Source: Gonapodya sp. JEL0774 (taxonomy: Eukaryota). Taken from it: 64,000 bases of DNA. Position 1 is the first letter of the stretch. Every line of letters starts with the position of its first letter. Positions 12,401 through 29,692 of the stretch are shown here, one piece after another. The DNA lies in NCBI GenBank assembly GCA_027604505.1, contig JADIIX010000022.1, forward strand, positions 62,001-126,000, read 5' to 3'. A model generated the notes under the pieces. It did no database searches and was not told where the DNA came from. It saw only the letters and a list, made by a program, of their open reading frames with translations. The translations under genes were made by a program, and so were the position numbers.

Positions 12401-13792
12401 CTCAAAGTGGTTCCACATACCTCATAGTCCAACAACTTCACAGTGCCCTCGCTCCCGCCGACTACTACGTATTGCTTAGCCACCACCTCTACCCACTCCA
12501 ATGCTCCTTGGGACACTTTTACGTACTTCCTCGCCTCGCGATGCCCTCTTGGCAGTGACCTGCGGGAGTCGGCAAGAGAGAGATTCGACCAGAGGACAAG
12601 CTCACCACGGGACGTGGTGGAGAGGGCAGTGGAGGTGGTAGGGAGGAACGCGGAGTGATTGAAGATGGGTGAGGGGTGATGGAAGGGCCTGTGACAACAG
12701 GTGTGACGGTCAGAGTTGCCATATAATTGTGAGCACGGAGTTACTGAGGAATCATCCCAGAGGGATATCTTCACCATCAGGTGGCATGAAGTTCATTCAC
12801 TCGTAGCGATTATTATCGCCAAAATGCGTAGCATGCAACATGGCAGAATGCTGAACGGTCAAAGAGGATGATGCAAACTCACTCGACATTGTCCTTTGCT
12901 CTGATCTGCTGCAAGCTCATTCCTCTACTGTCTTTGTCCCATATCCAAAATGATACGGTGCTCTTGCCGTTTGTGACCAAGAGGCCCTGATCGTCTGGGC
13001 TGGCGCGGAGAACGATCTGAACATCCGGGCTGTCGACACGGGATGTGGCGGTCGGGGTGAGTTCAGAGGTGGTCGGGGCAGTCCAGTCCCAGACTGAAAG
13101 TTGTTGTTGGGTGTGAGGGGAGGATGGGGTCCCTTGGTTGGGGTTTGCACGCTGGTTTGGGGATAGTGGTGCTTGGGAGGCTGTGTCTACAGCACTATCG
13201 GCTTCCCGCTGAGGGGCGGTGGCAGTGGAAGGCCCGACAGTGGACAAGGTGTAGAGATACACGGCATCTGGGGAGAACTCCATGGCCGCAACACCTCTAC
13301 CCTGGTGAGGGTCAAATATCGTCCGGATCGGCAGAGCGTAAGCAGAGTTTGCATTCGCAAGTGTGGAGGATGTGGGGGCGGACAAGTGGGGAAGAGTATC
13401 CCATATGATGATGACGGAGTCAGGACCAGCGTCAGCTGTGGCAATCCAGCGGCGATCGGGAGAGATGCACGAGGCAGAGATGGCGTTGCACTTGTACGGC
13501 AAAGTGGGCCACACACAGCATTCATATATCGTCGGTGGAATTCAATTTCAATCGCAAGAGACTTCACACGTACGTGACCCTGAAGCAGGTGTTGCCTGTT
13601 GTTGGCGTAATCAAATAGCACACCAGAGTGTGCCGCCGCGTAGAAGATGACTTTCCTATGTCCATCAGACAAGTCAAAGAGACCTGTAGCAGGGGACGGC
13701 GTGACGCCGAACGACCATGACAGCGACTGTTCGGAGATTACGGACCGGAGTGTGGGATACTGAGCGAGCAGAAGGAACACACGTTCTGGCAC
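9426..13792 (-). CDS. CFAP251: Cilia/flagella-associated WD40 protein CFAP251 (WDR66); first exon(s) unresolved
   Basis: LSWSFG...IFYAAAHSGVLFDYANNRQHLLQGH|CNAISASCISPDRRWIATADAG; WNWIGKARAH; RLVSIGLDR; MCRKTVVGPTVGGP; LPLDGNPNKSLAIVAHPG; ELEDYFYYAQLR; EF-hand-like C-terminus. Multi-exon. Confidence 0.88.
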
Positions 13793-14237
13793 CTTGGCCA
13801 GACTTTTGGACTTCTCCCTTCATTTTAAACCGACAAGTAATAAAATTCATTGGATGTTGCCGTGTCTTGGACATCCGCGTGGAATAGGAGCTTTCTCCTT
13901 CAACCAAAAGCCTTGCGAGACCACAGTGTACACGAGTGCACTTTGCATTCACCATGCTGTCTCCACCGCTGTTCCCACAGGGCTCCCTTCTGCATCGGCG
14001 GGTTCATTCGTCCCAAAACAACGCGCTTTCGGCAATAACTCCATGTCCTCCAATCCCTCCACCAGCTGATTCCATCAACAAAACACATAATCATCATTGC
14101 ATTGGTTGTCCCATCCACGCACCAATGCGCTTCCTTGCTTCGACTCGCGGTCCATTGTGATTTGTCGTACAAAACCTATGGCACTATGAATACCCAACAC
14201 CTAGAACCACAACAGAGGTGTTGATAGATTTGTTTAA

Positions 14238-14277
14238 TGTCCAATTGTGTCCAATTGTAGTTTCGAATAGTTTCGAA
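14238..14277. repeat. Two adjacent 10-bp tandem duplications
   Basis: TGTCCAATTG x2 (14238-14257) immediately followed by TAGTTTCGAA x2 (14258-14277). Confidence 0.85.
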
Positions 14278-15494
14278 ATAGTTGGCCACACTCTAAACCC
14301 TAACCTCTTGTCCATAAATGGTGAGGGAACGGGGAAATGGGGACACGCAGTACACACCCTCAAGCGCAACAGCACAGGAGCATTCACCGTCACAACTTAC
14401 TTCCCTTTGAGGCCTTCCTTAACGCTCCCCCACCCCTCCAGCCTGGGCCGAACCGAGAAAACCGTCCGCACAAAATCCTCCACTCCGTATCTCTTGTAAC
14501 ACACTGGACAAGTAACCATATATATTTTCAATGAAAGCAAAGTGAACTACATCAGAACTAACTATTTACAAAATCCCCCGTCTCAAAAGGTTCCCGTCAC
14601 GAAGTTGTCCATTCGTCTGTCCAGGTGAGTTTTGAGGAATTTGATCTTGAATTCCTCCACAACCACAATGAATTCAGCGGCACTGTTTTGCTTCAACGTT
14701 GTTATTGCCTGGGCAAATTCGTGACTACAATCCGTTTTCCGGCGCGGTGGCAAGAACAACAGGCAATGGTCATCGAGACATTGAGTTTTAAGTTTTTCAA
14801 AGTAGATTTCTGAACGCTGTACTCATCTGGTGCCCATGTCCCTCTGAACGTAGACTCCTAATGGTCGGGCAACTGCTGAATCCTGGCTGCAGTCCAGATA
14901 GTGGTGATGGATGGTTGAAACGGGTGGCACTCGTTTGATGGAAAGGGCCTGTTGTCTGCTCCCTTGAAAATAGCTGCAAATCCCCCCGGATGCTGACCCA
15001 GACCATTGATCAAATCTCGGTTCGTGAAGTCCGGACCACATTTTGCCAGATTCTTTGTGCAAGTGCCCGTTCCGGCGGCGCTCGTTTATTCGATCTCCTT
15101 GGGTCTCCAACAACTTCTTATGGCCCCTTCATCTGAAGCATGACGTAGATTTCGCAGGACCCTGTCGATGTAAATGCACTGGGAGCTGTTTGAGGTCACC
15201 AGAACACGAGAAATTGGTTTGTTGGTACAGGAACATACAGAAGTTAGGGAGAGAATGAGCTGAGTGGACGAAGCTCCAAGGAATATAGATAATACACTCT
15301 TTGAGATGCATCGTTAGATGCAAGGAATTTTTATTCATGGTTTCTACAATTATTTTGTTCGGGTCGGTGTGCGGCGTTTGAGAAATGCCGGAGGGGGGGG
15401 AGCCTTTAACAACGCATCTCAGGCTCAAAACAAAATTCTTAACCTTTACTCGAATTAGACAACATTTTTGTTTAACTGGTTAGAATTCATATCG

Positions 15495-18400
15495 TCAATC
15501 TTCTTCCTCCATAGTACTCCCGTCCGCAACCCCGTCGACGTCATCCCCGTCGGTGCTATACCCTGCTGCAGGCGTGCCCATCGAGTTCTCCCCGTAAATT
15601 TCCCCGTCGTCTGCCTCGGTGCCCTCCCCTTCTACTTCTTCTACTCCTTCTTCATCCCCCGGTGCTCCTTCCTCATCCATCCGCAAGCGAATTTCATTCA
15701 CATCCACATCTTCGTCCTCTCCACCATATCCGGCTACGGACGCCACCGCCCCATCTTCACTGGCTCCATCTTCGGACAACTCACGCCCAATGAGATGAAG
15801 CCTCCCAACGCCACCGAAATGAGTTTCCTTCGTGTAAAGTTGTCTCTGGTATTGCATTTGCACCTCGTCTTCTTCTTCCTCTCCCACACGACTCTCTCCT
15901 TCTCCATCCTCCGCCTCCGGTTCTCCCTCTGTCGTCCCTACTCCCGAAACTGGCACGTTCGAGCTAATATTCTTCGTAGCAACGGCAGCAGCTGCCACAG
16001 CAGCGGCAGCTGCAGCAGCGGCTGCGGCTTCATTCATCGCTTCGGTCATGTCCTCGTCTCCATCTCCCATCTTCTTACCACCTGTCATGTCGTCGAGTTC
16101 TAACTCCATTTCAGCCTCCGCTTCCGCTTCAGCCTCTGCCTGGGCTTCCGCTTCTGCGTCTGCTTGCGCTTCTGCTTCTGCTTGCGCTTCTGCTTCTGCT
16201 TCTGCCTCCGCTTCCGCCTCCGCCTCCTCTGCCTCCCTTCTTTCTCTCTCCTTCATCTCCTCCAACTTCACGAGCACTGTTCCCTCCACAACCTCCAACG
16301 CCTTGGCGACTCTCGCCCTCAAATTTTTGGCGTCGTCCATCATAGCCCTTCCTTCCTTCACGATTCCTTCCGCGGCTCGGGGATCGCCACTCGCAATGTA
16401 CGTTGAGCGCGACTCGAGCGTCCCCAACTCAGCGAGGCACCGGTCGAGATAAGCGAGGTAGCGGTTGAGTTTGCGAGCGGTGTCTTGGAATGATTTAATG
16501 GAGCGGCGGATTTTCGTTGAGAGAGAAGCTGTGGGGTTGGCGACGAGGGCAATGAGCTCGTTCTTCGAAACGACGAGGAGTGAGAGCGGAAGATCAACGG
16601 ATCCGGTTATTGGTGAAAGTTAACATATCGGTACAGTTTGTCAAGTAATTTGGATTCGGTTGAAAGACGGGAATGTGAGAACTCAAGGATTTGCGATGTC
16701 ATCACCCTCGACCCACCTCTTCCTCCAATTTGCTCCTCTTCCTCGCTGCAGCAATTTCCGCTGCCGTCTTTTGATCAATTCCGACCAATCCGGCAACCTC
16801 CCTCCCTACTATTGCTGCTCTTTGCACCGGTGGGGGGGGCGGTGGCTGGAAGAACATGGGAGGAGGCTGTGGGGGCGGTGGTAACGTCTCACCAAGGGAC
16901 TTGCGCTCGAGATGAGCTTCGTTGTATGTGACCATTTCAGCAGCTTTCCGCTGAAGGGTGAATAATATGTCCAAATACGGGTTGTTATGTCGTCCCAAAA
17001 TGAGGCCGCATCAACGGTCGCCACTTCAAGTCTCACCTTGGGCCTCCTACTACCCCGTGTTGAATCCTCCTTTGCAGCTTCCGCCTCGTCTACCTCCAAT
17101 TCCTCTGCTTCTGCCCTCTTCTTTCGGTTTGCAGCCGCAGCTGCACGTGCTGCTGCTGTGCTCGCCCCCTTCCCCTTGTCAACAACCGCTTCTTCCTCGG
17201 CACCTTCATTTCTCTTCCTTCTTCGACGTGTAGGAATCTCCCCACTGTTGTCATCATCGCCGTTGGTGCTTGGCTGTGCGACGCCACCTCTGCGACGAGC
17301 AGGAGCGCGGGCAGACTTCTCTCCGGCGTTAATCTCGTTCGTGTTGTTAGAATCTCCTCCAGCTGTCCCTGCGACATCCTCCCGATCCTTCCTCTTCCTC
17401 CCATTAGTCTTGGTTTGGTCCGCCCCGGTCCCGGGACCCGAACTATTGGAAGCAGCCCCACCTGCCCGTTGTGCCTGCCCAGCGACACCAGGCTGTCGCG
17501 GCGCATGTTCGGGCATGCGGCTCACGTCATGAAACCAGGGATCCGGAGGCGGGTTGGATTTGGAGTGGACTTTGGTGTGGTGGGTTTCATACACAGAGCG
17601 CATGTGGAAGGTTTCGTTACAGAGAGGGCACTTCATGAGGTTTAAGGGGTGTTTTAGATGCAAGTGGGGAAGGAGAGAGGGGAGAAAGAGTACATCTACG
17701 AATAAACTCACTGTGTAAGGCCTCCAACCGCAATGAGCCCTGAGATGTTCCTCGAATCGGTTCGGGTCGGTATACTCAGCCATCTTATTCCAGCAGCCTT
17801 TCCACATGCATTTGTGGCGGTTGGTCCAATACGCAGCCTGATTGAGGCGGCCGTGCTCGTTGCTGTTGGAAGCACATTATGGGAGAAAGAGCCCAATCAG
17901 ATTGCATCTGTGTCAGTCAGGCAGCTCAACGGCATCACAAAGCGCCCATGAGACTGTGTAAGAGCAGTTGGCCGAATTCTACGGCGCAAAATCACACCTC
18001 CGATCGTTCAACAGTCCGTACATAGTGCTCCCACTACCCACACATCGGGTATGGAATCCCAAAAAACTCACTTCAAATGAAGAACGAACTCTTTTTTGCC
18101 TTTGCAATTTTTATGGCATCCGTCCCAAAGGCAATTGAACCCTACAAAATCCTTAGGCTCTGGGCTCCAGGCGCGGGGTCGGTTTCCCGGGTGTGAATGC
18201 GCAGGCGCATTGTAGATTCCCGGGATTCCGTCCGAGGTCGTAGCTACTACAGGATTCTGTCCGGGTCGAAGTCCCAGCGATGAGTTGGGAGGGACAGTGG
18301 ACGCAGTGGTTGGAATCGGATTGGGAGAGACCGTCACACTGTTTCCGTCCGGGTAAACGCCCAACATTAAGGCTCCGCTGCCGAGACCAGTCAAATGCAT

Positions 18401-18640
18401 ATTGGCAATGCCGGCATCTGCCCCAGATCCTGTAGCCACCGCGCCATCACCCATGGATCCCGCTGTCGCAAGGTTCGAGGTATGGATTTCAGTTCCGGCA
18501 TTAACCGCCGACCACTGCGGCACCAACAGAGGATTTGCCGAGTTTTTGTTGGCGGTGAGATTTGAAGATAAAAGTCCGTCCTCAAGTGCAGACGAGGGTT
18601 GCGAATATGAGGCCCCAGTTGCAACTGCCCCTCCCGACAT
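15495..18640 (-). CDS. C2H2 zinc-finger protein (3 fingers, tandem CWCH2) with coiled coil, (EA)n and poly-Ala tracts and acidic tail; probable transcription factor
   Basis: Spliced fingers: CLWDGCHKNCKGKKEFVLHLNNEH, CMWKGCWNKMAEYTDPNRFEEHLRAH, linker CGWRPYT, CPLCNETFHMRSVYETHHTKVH. Basic NLS-like clusters. Exons from ORFs 18068-18640, 16809-17807, 16702-16998 and 15495-16427 join at GT-AG sites. Start codon tentative. Confidence 0.8.
16111..16233 (-). repeat. Degenerate coding hexanucleotide repeat encoding (EA)n
   Basis: Plus strand (GCTTCT/GCCTCC/GCTTCC)n; on the minus strand encodes AEEAEAEAEAEAEAEAQAEAEAQADAEAEAQAEAEAEAEAE. Confidence 0.9.
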
Positions 18641-19159
18641 AACCGTGCGATAAGTGTGCAGAAAGATGGAGATATTAATTCCTCAGCTTTTGAGTTGCCG
18701 GTATCTGTTATCAGAAGCGCAGCACTGATGCGCCGATTGTTCGGGTTGCAAGCTGATGGGGGTGAGGTGCTGACACTTTGCATGGATTGTGCACAGTACT
18801 TGTCAAACTATGACCACAGTGAGTCTGTTTCGGCCACAACGTCAGGCAAGCGCTGACGTTGCCGCGCGGACACATTAACTTCCAGAAAATTTGCACATCC
18901 CAGTCAAACTTCTCACATTACAAACCATGAAGTATTATGATGGAGGAGACCGGCTGCGCGCTCTCTGGATCCCGTAGGTCCTGCCAATACAACATCTGTT
19001 TCCCAATGCATGAATATTGTCTTTCGCTCGCCATCTTGGACAACAGTGTTTTCGCCCACTTACTCGTCTGGTCATTTTGTCTTCTCGGAGAGTACCTTAT
19101 CGCCGGATGGGCCGCTTGGAACGAGATTCCCGAACGTCGTGAGTTTACGTCATCGCTAG

Positions 19160-20007
19160 TTGTGTTGTCTGCGTTCGCTCTCGTCCGACTCGGTTCCCAC
19201 TGAAGCCCGCTCCGGCGGTCGTTCTATTCTTCGCCCTGCAGCAGCTCAAGGAGTTATCAGGGGAATCCAGGTTTGTGCGGTTAGCTGCACCGAAAGGGAA
19301 TCCACCAATGACGTATGCCTTCACAAAACAACTAAGACCTCTACCCCAAGAGAAAGCATCGACGAAAGAACCCGCTTGCTCGCGGGAGAAGAGGCGCCCG
19401 ACACAGAACGCACCAATCCTCGTGTGGGTACAAATGGGTTAGCCAATGGTGGTCACCTCTTCGCTCACTGCCTCTGCAGATCGAACATTTCCGCAGGTCT
19501 GCCCAGGCAGCACGAACAACTTTTCTCATGTTGCTCTCAGCTGCGGTGTTTGTTAGCTTGCCGGTCAGCGGTTTGTGCGAAGTGAAGAGCGAGCTCCCAA
19601 ACTTGCCGGTACGGTGCGAACGCTGCATCGTAAACGGCATCAATGATGTAGGTTACGTTCTTTCAATCAGGATCTCAGACATTGCTCTGTTGTTTCATCA
19701 TCAATTTCATGATGATTCCCCAACCAACTCCAAAAGGCATCTCACATTCTGGTCTGGACATTCTTTGGTCTCTCGGGCGTATGGGTTTTCCTCGAACTCT
19801 TTTCGAGTCCTTCTGCTAGATCAGGTACCTCATTGATCCGGTCTCTCATGGGCCTCATTACGGTTCCGATCATCATTGCGGTTTGGGTACTTGGGATCAT
19901 GACGGTGAGATTGAGATTTTTATGCTACACGTGCACACTCTATACTGTTCCTCTGACTTTCGTAGTGGGCCAATCTAAAAGCCGTGGAGTCGCGCTGTGG
20001 GAAATGA
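19160..20007 (+). CDS. Small multi-exon membrane protein (about 3 TM helices); start not resolved
   Basis: Exons 19337-19423, 19480-19647, 19737-19904 and 19966-20007 join through phase-0 GT-AG introns: ...IDERTRLL...IEHFRRSAQAARTTFLMLLSAAVFVSL...ASHILVWTFFGLSGVWVFLELF...LMGLITVPIIIAVWVLGIMTWANLKAVESRCGK*. Confidence 0.55.
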
Positions 20008-20193
20008 AGTGCGATCAAGAATATGGAAGGTTAGACCAAGAATGTGGAGGGTGGGAACATTGCGAGTATGGGGTCCCCTTTGCAAGTGAAAGATCACACT
20101 GTAGTGCCTTGAAACGCGAGAAGAAACAAAAATACACACGAACAAATTCCATTTATGATTATAATTCCCTATCCTGTGTTGCAGATGCTATAG

Positions 20194-21463
20194 TCATGTT
20201 GTTCCGCTACTAAATCGTTCATTCGCCCCACCGTTCGCAGACGGCCCGTGCGAATCAGGGTCCGAATCACCTTCAACAATCATTCTGCCCACTACACCCA
20301 TCAGTCGAACGAACGGTTCAAAAACCAAATTGGTTACCCTCCACAACCCTGTGACACCCCATCCCACTCTTTTGCCAAGGACATACACCACAGCCGCAAG
20401 AAATGCAACAAAAGACACAACGACCATGATGCGTTCGATGGTGTCCCGCCGCGCCAAACGGCTGACGAGCGAGCGAGACGTTTTCAGCTCCGATGCCACT
20501 TCCGAATACGCAGAGCGGGTTGATGAAAGGACACTCGTGGACGCGCCTGGCGTGGAGAGGGCGGGTTGTTTATGGGTGCGTTGTTAAGAAATGTTTGGTT
20601 CCCTGGTTAGCGTGAAGATGAGAAATTAGACACTCACCGATTTTCTGATTAATTTCCTCACTACGCTCCACCTCCGCTTGGAGCATATCTGACGCCTTTT
20701 TCAAAGCATTTGTAAGTTGCTCTGAAGCACGGTCCGCCTGTTCCTGCACATATCCTTTGCTCGTTGGGCCAGTCAAATACGAGCCAAGAAGTTCTCTCCG
20801 ACGAGATTCCCCCAATGAGTCAAGTTGCCGTTTCGCTGAGAGAATAGAGAGGCGAAGGGTCGTTTGTAAACTTGGAAACGGGAATGGCCGTTATAGGACA
20901 TAACCATTGGGTGGGGGAATATCAGAGCGTACACACGTTTTGGCAGCTTCATCGTGGGGTTCCAGAATGCGAGAGGCAGCCTCCCTGTCGATTGCTCTGG
21001 GGAGGTCTTCTGCCAGTCGATGAGCCTCCTAATTTCTTTGCAAGGAACGATACACACCAGGGGGAAATCATCAGCCGAATAAGGTGAGCAAGCGAATCAT
21101 TCGTTAGCTACAAACTAAACTCGAAGAATGTCATTTGTGAAAAGAAGAACTCACGGTCACTAACTCATGTAAAGCAGAAATCGATTCCCTCACTCGATCC
21201 GCAGCAGATTGCAGCTGAACCAACGACCCAATGCCATCAGCGGTCGCGAGAACGTCCAGTTCAGATTTAACCGCGCTCTCTGAGTCTGAAACACGGGAGA
21301 CGATGGTCTGGAAAGCGATCGGAAGTTTACCGAGCCGTTGACTGAATGGCAATCGTGATTGTACAGCTCCCGACACCGGCGAGCGAGGTCGTGAAGAGGA
21401 CGAGGAGCTGGGTGAGACCCCTCGAGCTGCTCCGAACCGTTGAAGTGGCATATAAGATTGCAT
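20194..21463 (-). CDS. SEC20: ER SNARE Sec20
   Basis: ASEQLTNALKKASDMLQAEVERSEE and ELKTSRSLVSRLARRDTIERIMVVVSFVAFLAAVVYVLGKRV (Sec20-domain pattern plus C-terminal TM). Multi-exon. Confidence 0.8.
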
Positions 21464-21554
21464 ATCTGGAGTTCAGTTGAAATTCCAACAGCCAACAGAC
21501 ACTGGGCGAACTCATGGTATCACTACCCTACACTACAACTCATTTATGTATACA

Positions 21555-22534
21555 TCACAGCGAATGTTCATCAAGCCACTCTTCGAGAACACCACACACC
21601 ACCTCTGCAATAACCTCATCGGAAACCCAGCCCCCAGCGCGCAGGCGCGTGAATTCTTTTGCGGACCCTACATCTAGTTCGATAGGGATGTACTCACACT
21701 CCAGAATCTTTCCAGCAATCTCGTCCTCACTTGTGCGTATAGAATATCCAATGGCGCTCTCTACCTCTTGCCCACCCAAGGGGACAAAATCAATGACCAA
21801 CATTGGGAGCTTAGTCAGTCGAGTCGATTCAATGCGCACTGAGTCCAAGGAAAACGAGGGATCATTTTCCGGGCTGAGAAAAGGGCCGAGAGGGAGGTAG
21901 TCTCTCTTCATGTCAAAGTCATGGTGTAAACTGCCGTGTTCAAACAGATTTTCGGATCCAGTAATCTTCGTGCCAAACTTTTCAATGAACACTGGATTCC
22001 AACCATTTCCAAAAACAAGACCAGGACTGATCAACGCAACTGCGGCAGCTGGATGGGATTCGAGGTAGGCGAGAGTAGAAAAGCATGCACTGCCTTGTGC
22101 GACCACAATGCTCGGAAATGGGATCGAAGGAGCGCGGGGTCTGATGATATTGGCAAGTTCTGGTGGAGATTTAATTGCATAAAGATGTTATGTAGCCGAA
22201 GAGCATGAGGGAAGAGATCACCTTCACCAAAATCCGTCGCCATTGATCCGATTAACGTTCGGTGATCTCCATTGTAACTCATTCCCACGCCGAGGCACTC
22301 GTACCCTTTGCCAGCGAATCGGGGCTGCACGAATCGGGACCATGATGGCGCGCCCACCCAAGGTCCCCCGAAGAGTGTCAATCGATGTGGTCGAATGGGT
22401 CCAGACACGGTAGAGACCCTCAAGTCCGTTCGAATTTTGGGCTCTTGTGAATAGAATCGACCTGTAGTCTGCTTCCAGAATGAAGGATTGAGAAGCGCAA
22501 AAGAGCGCGGAAGTGATCCATTACGAATTATCAT
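21555..22534 (-). CDS. Alpha/beta-hydrolase-fold protein with a degenerate nucleophile elbow; possibly mitochondrial
   Basis: Two exons. LFGGPWVGAPSWSRFVQPRFAGKGYECLGV (resembles hydrolase beta3-alphaA-beta4), then IVVAQGSACFSTLAYLESHPAAAVALISP and LPMLVI. N-terminus resembles a mitochondrial presequence. Confidence 0.6.
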
Positions 22535-22643
22535 TTTATCTAAGATTTTCTTGAAAACACCGAAATACTCAAACGGGAGATGATTACGGGTATGCAATGC
22601 AATATTAACTTTGGAGTAATCGAATGTACATATCTAGTTAAAT

Positions 22644-28887
<6,244 letters not shown>

Positions 28888-29316
28888 TGTAGTGATTTAG
28901 GGGCCTTCTGAGCCAGCCCTGGTGTTCGAATTACGTTTTCGACCAGCCGTCTGAAGTTTCTCTTCCCATCCTCAGCTCACGTCGTGTGCCAGCATTCTTG
29001 TGCCGATCAGCCAGTCAGTGCTACCACCCTGATATATTAATGTATGTGCTCCCATTTTCACCCAGTGAGTGTCCTACTCGGACTTGACGTTCAGATATCT
29101 GGGGATGATGCGGAGAAACGCGGCATTCCTAGGTTCATTCTTGTTCAGTGGGTCTTGGGGAGGACGTCATGTCGAACAAATTGACGGCGCTTACAGTGTC
29201 GTTTTCACCCGGACGAGATGAGCTTCCTAAGACGGTGGTCATCCGCGGTCTATGATGCCGTTGATGGAGCTAGACCAACGAATCTGTCTCATCGACGATT
29301 CCAATCCAACGTGATT

Positions 29317-29384
29317 CGAATCCAATGAAGCTTCAGTGGGATAAAGTACTTTTTACAATCAGGAATCTTACGAATCCAATGAAG
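29317..29384. repeat. 14-bp direct repeat containing CCAAT, upstream of RPA190
   Basis: CGAATCCAATGAAG at 29317-29330 and 29371-29384. Confidence 0.7.
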
Positions 29385-29692
29385 AAGATAAAGCACCCTT
29401 CCTTGTGAGGAATCACCTCCCCAAACACGGACTTCACTTCCTTGCCAGGGAATGCTTTTCGTGTCTGGACAGTTCTGGATGGACAGCACCACCACGCACA
29501 CCCAAAAACAAAAGAACTTTCCGCAATTTCAATAAAAAGATATGAGTACTCTATTCAAGCGTGGACTCTCTAGTCAGCAGACAAATTAGTATGTAACAAT
29601 AACAGGTTGTAATCACAAAGTTCGTCTTTTCCACTTGATTCACCACAGACGGTGTTTTTCTGCCTCATGTACAAAAACCATGAGGGTTTCAA

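Noticed and set aside
16048..16452. Plus-strand (SA)n ORF; also the idea that (EA)n marks pheromone-precursor Ste13 spacers
   Set aside because: The SA ORF is the antisense shadow of the EA tract. The host protein has no signal peptide or KR-flanked repeated peptides.
28900..29520. Short protein-like minus-strand fragments between ABCG and RPA190
   Set aside because: Interrupted by stops, no recognisable family, no consistent exon chain.
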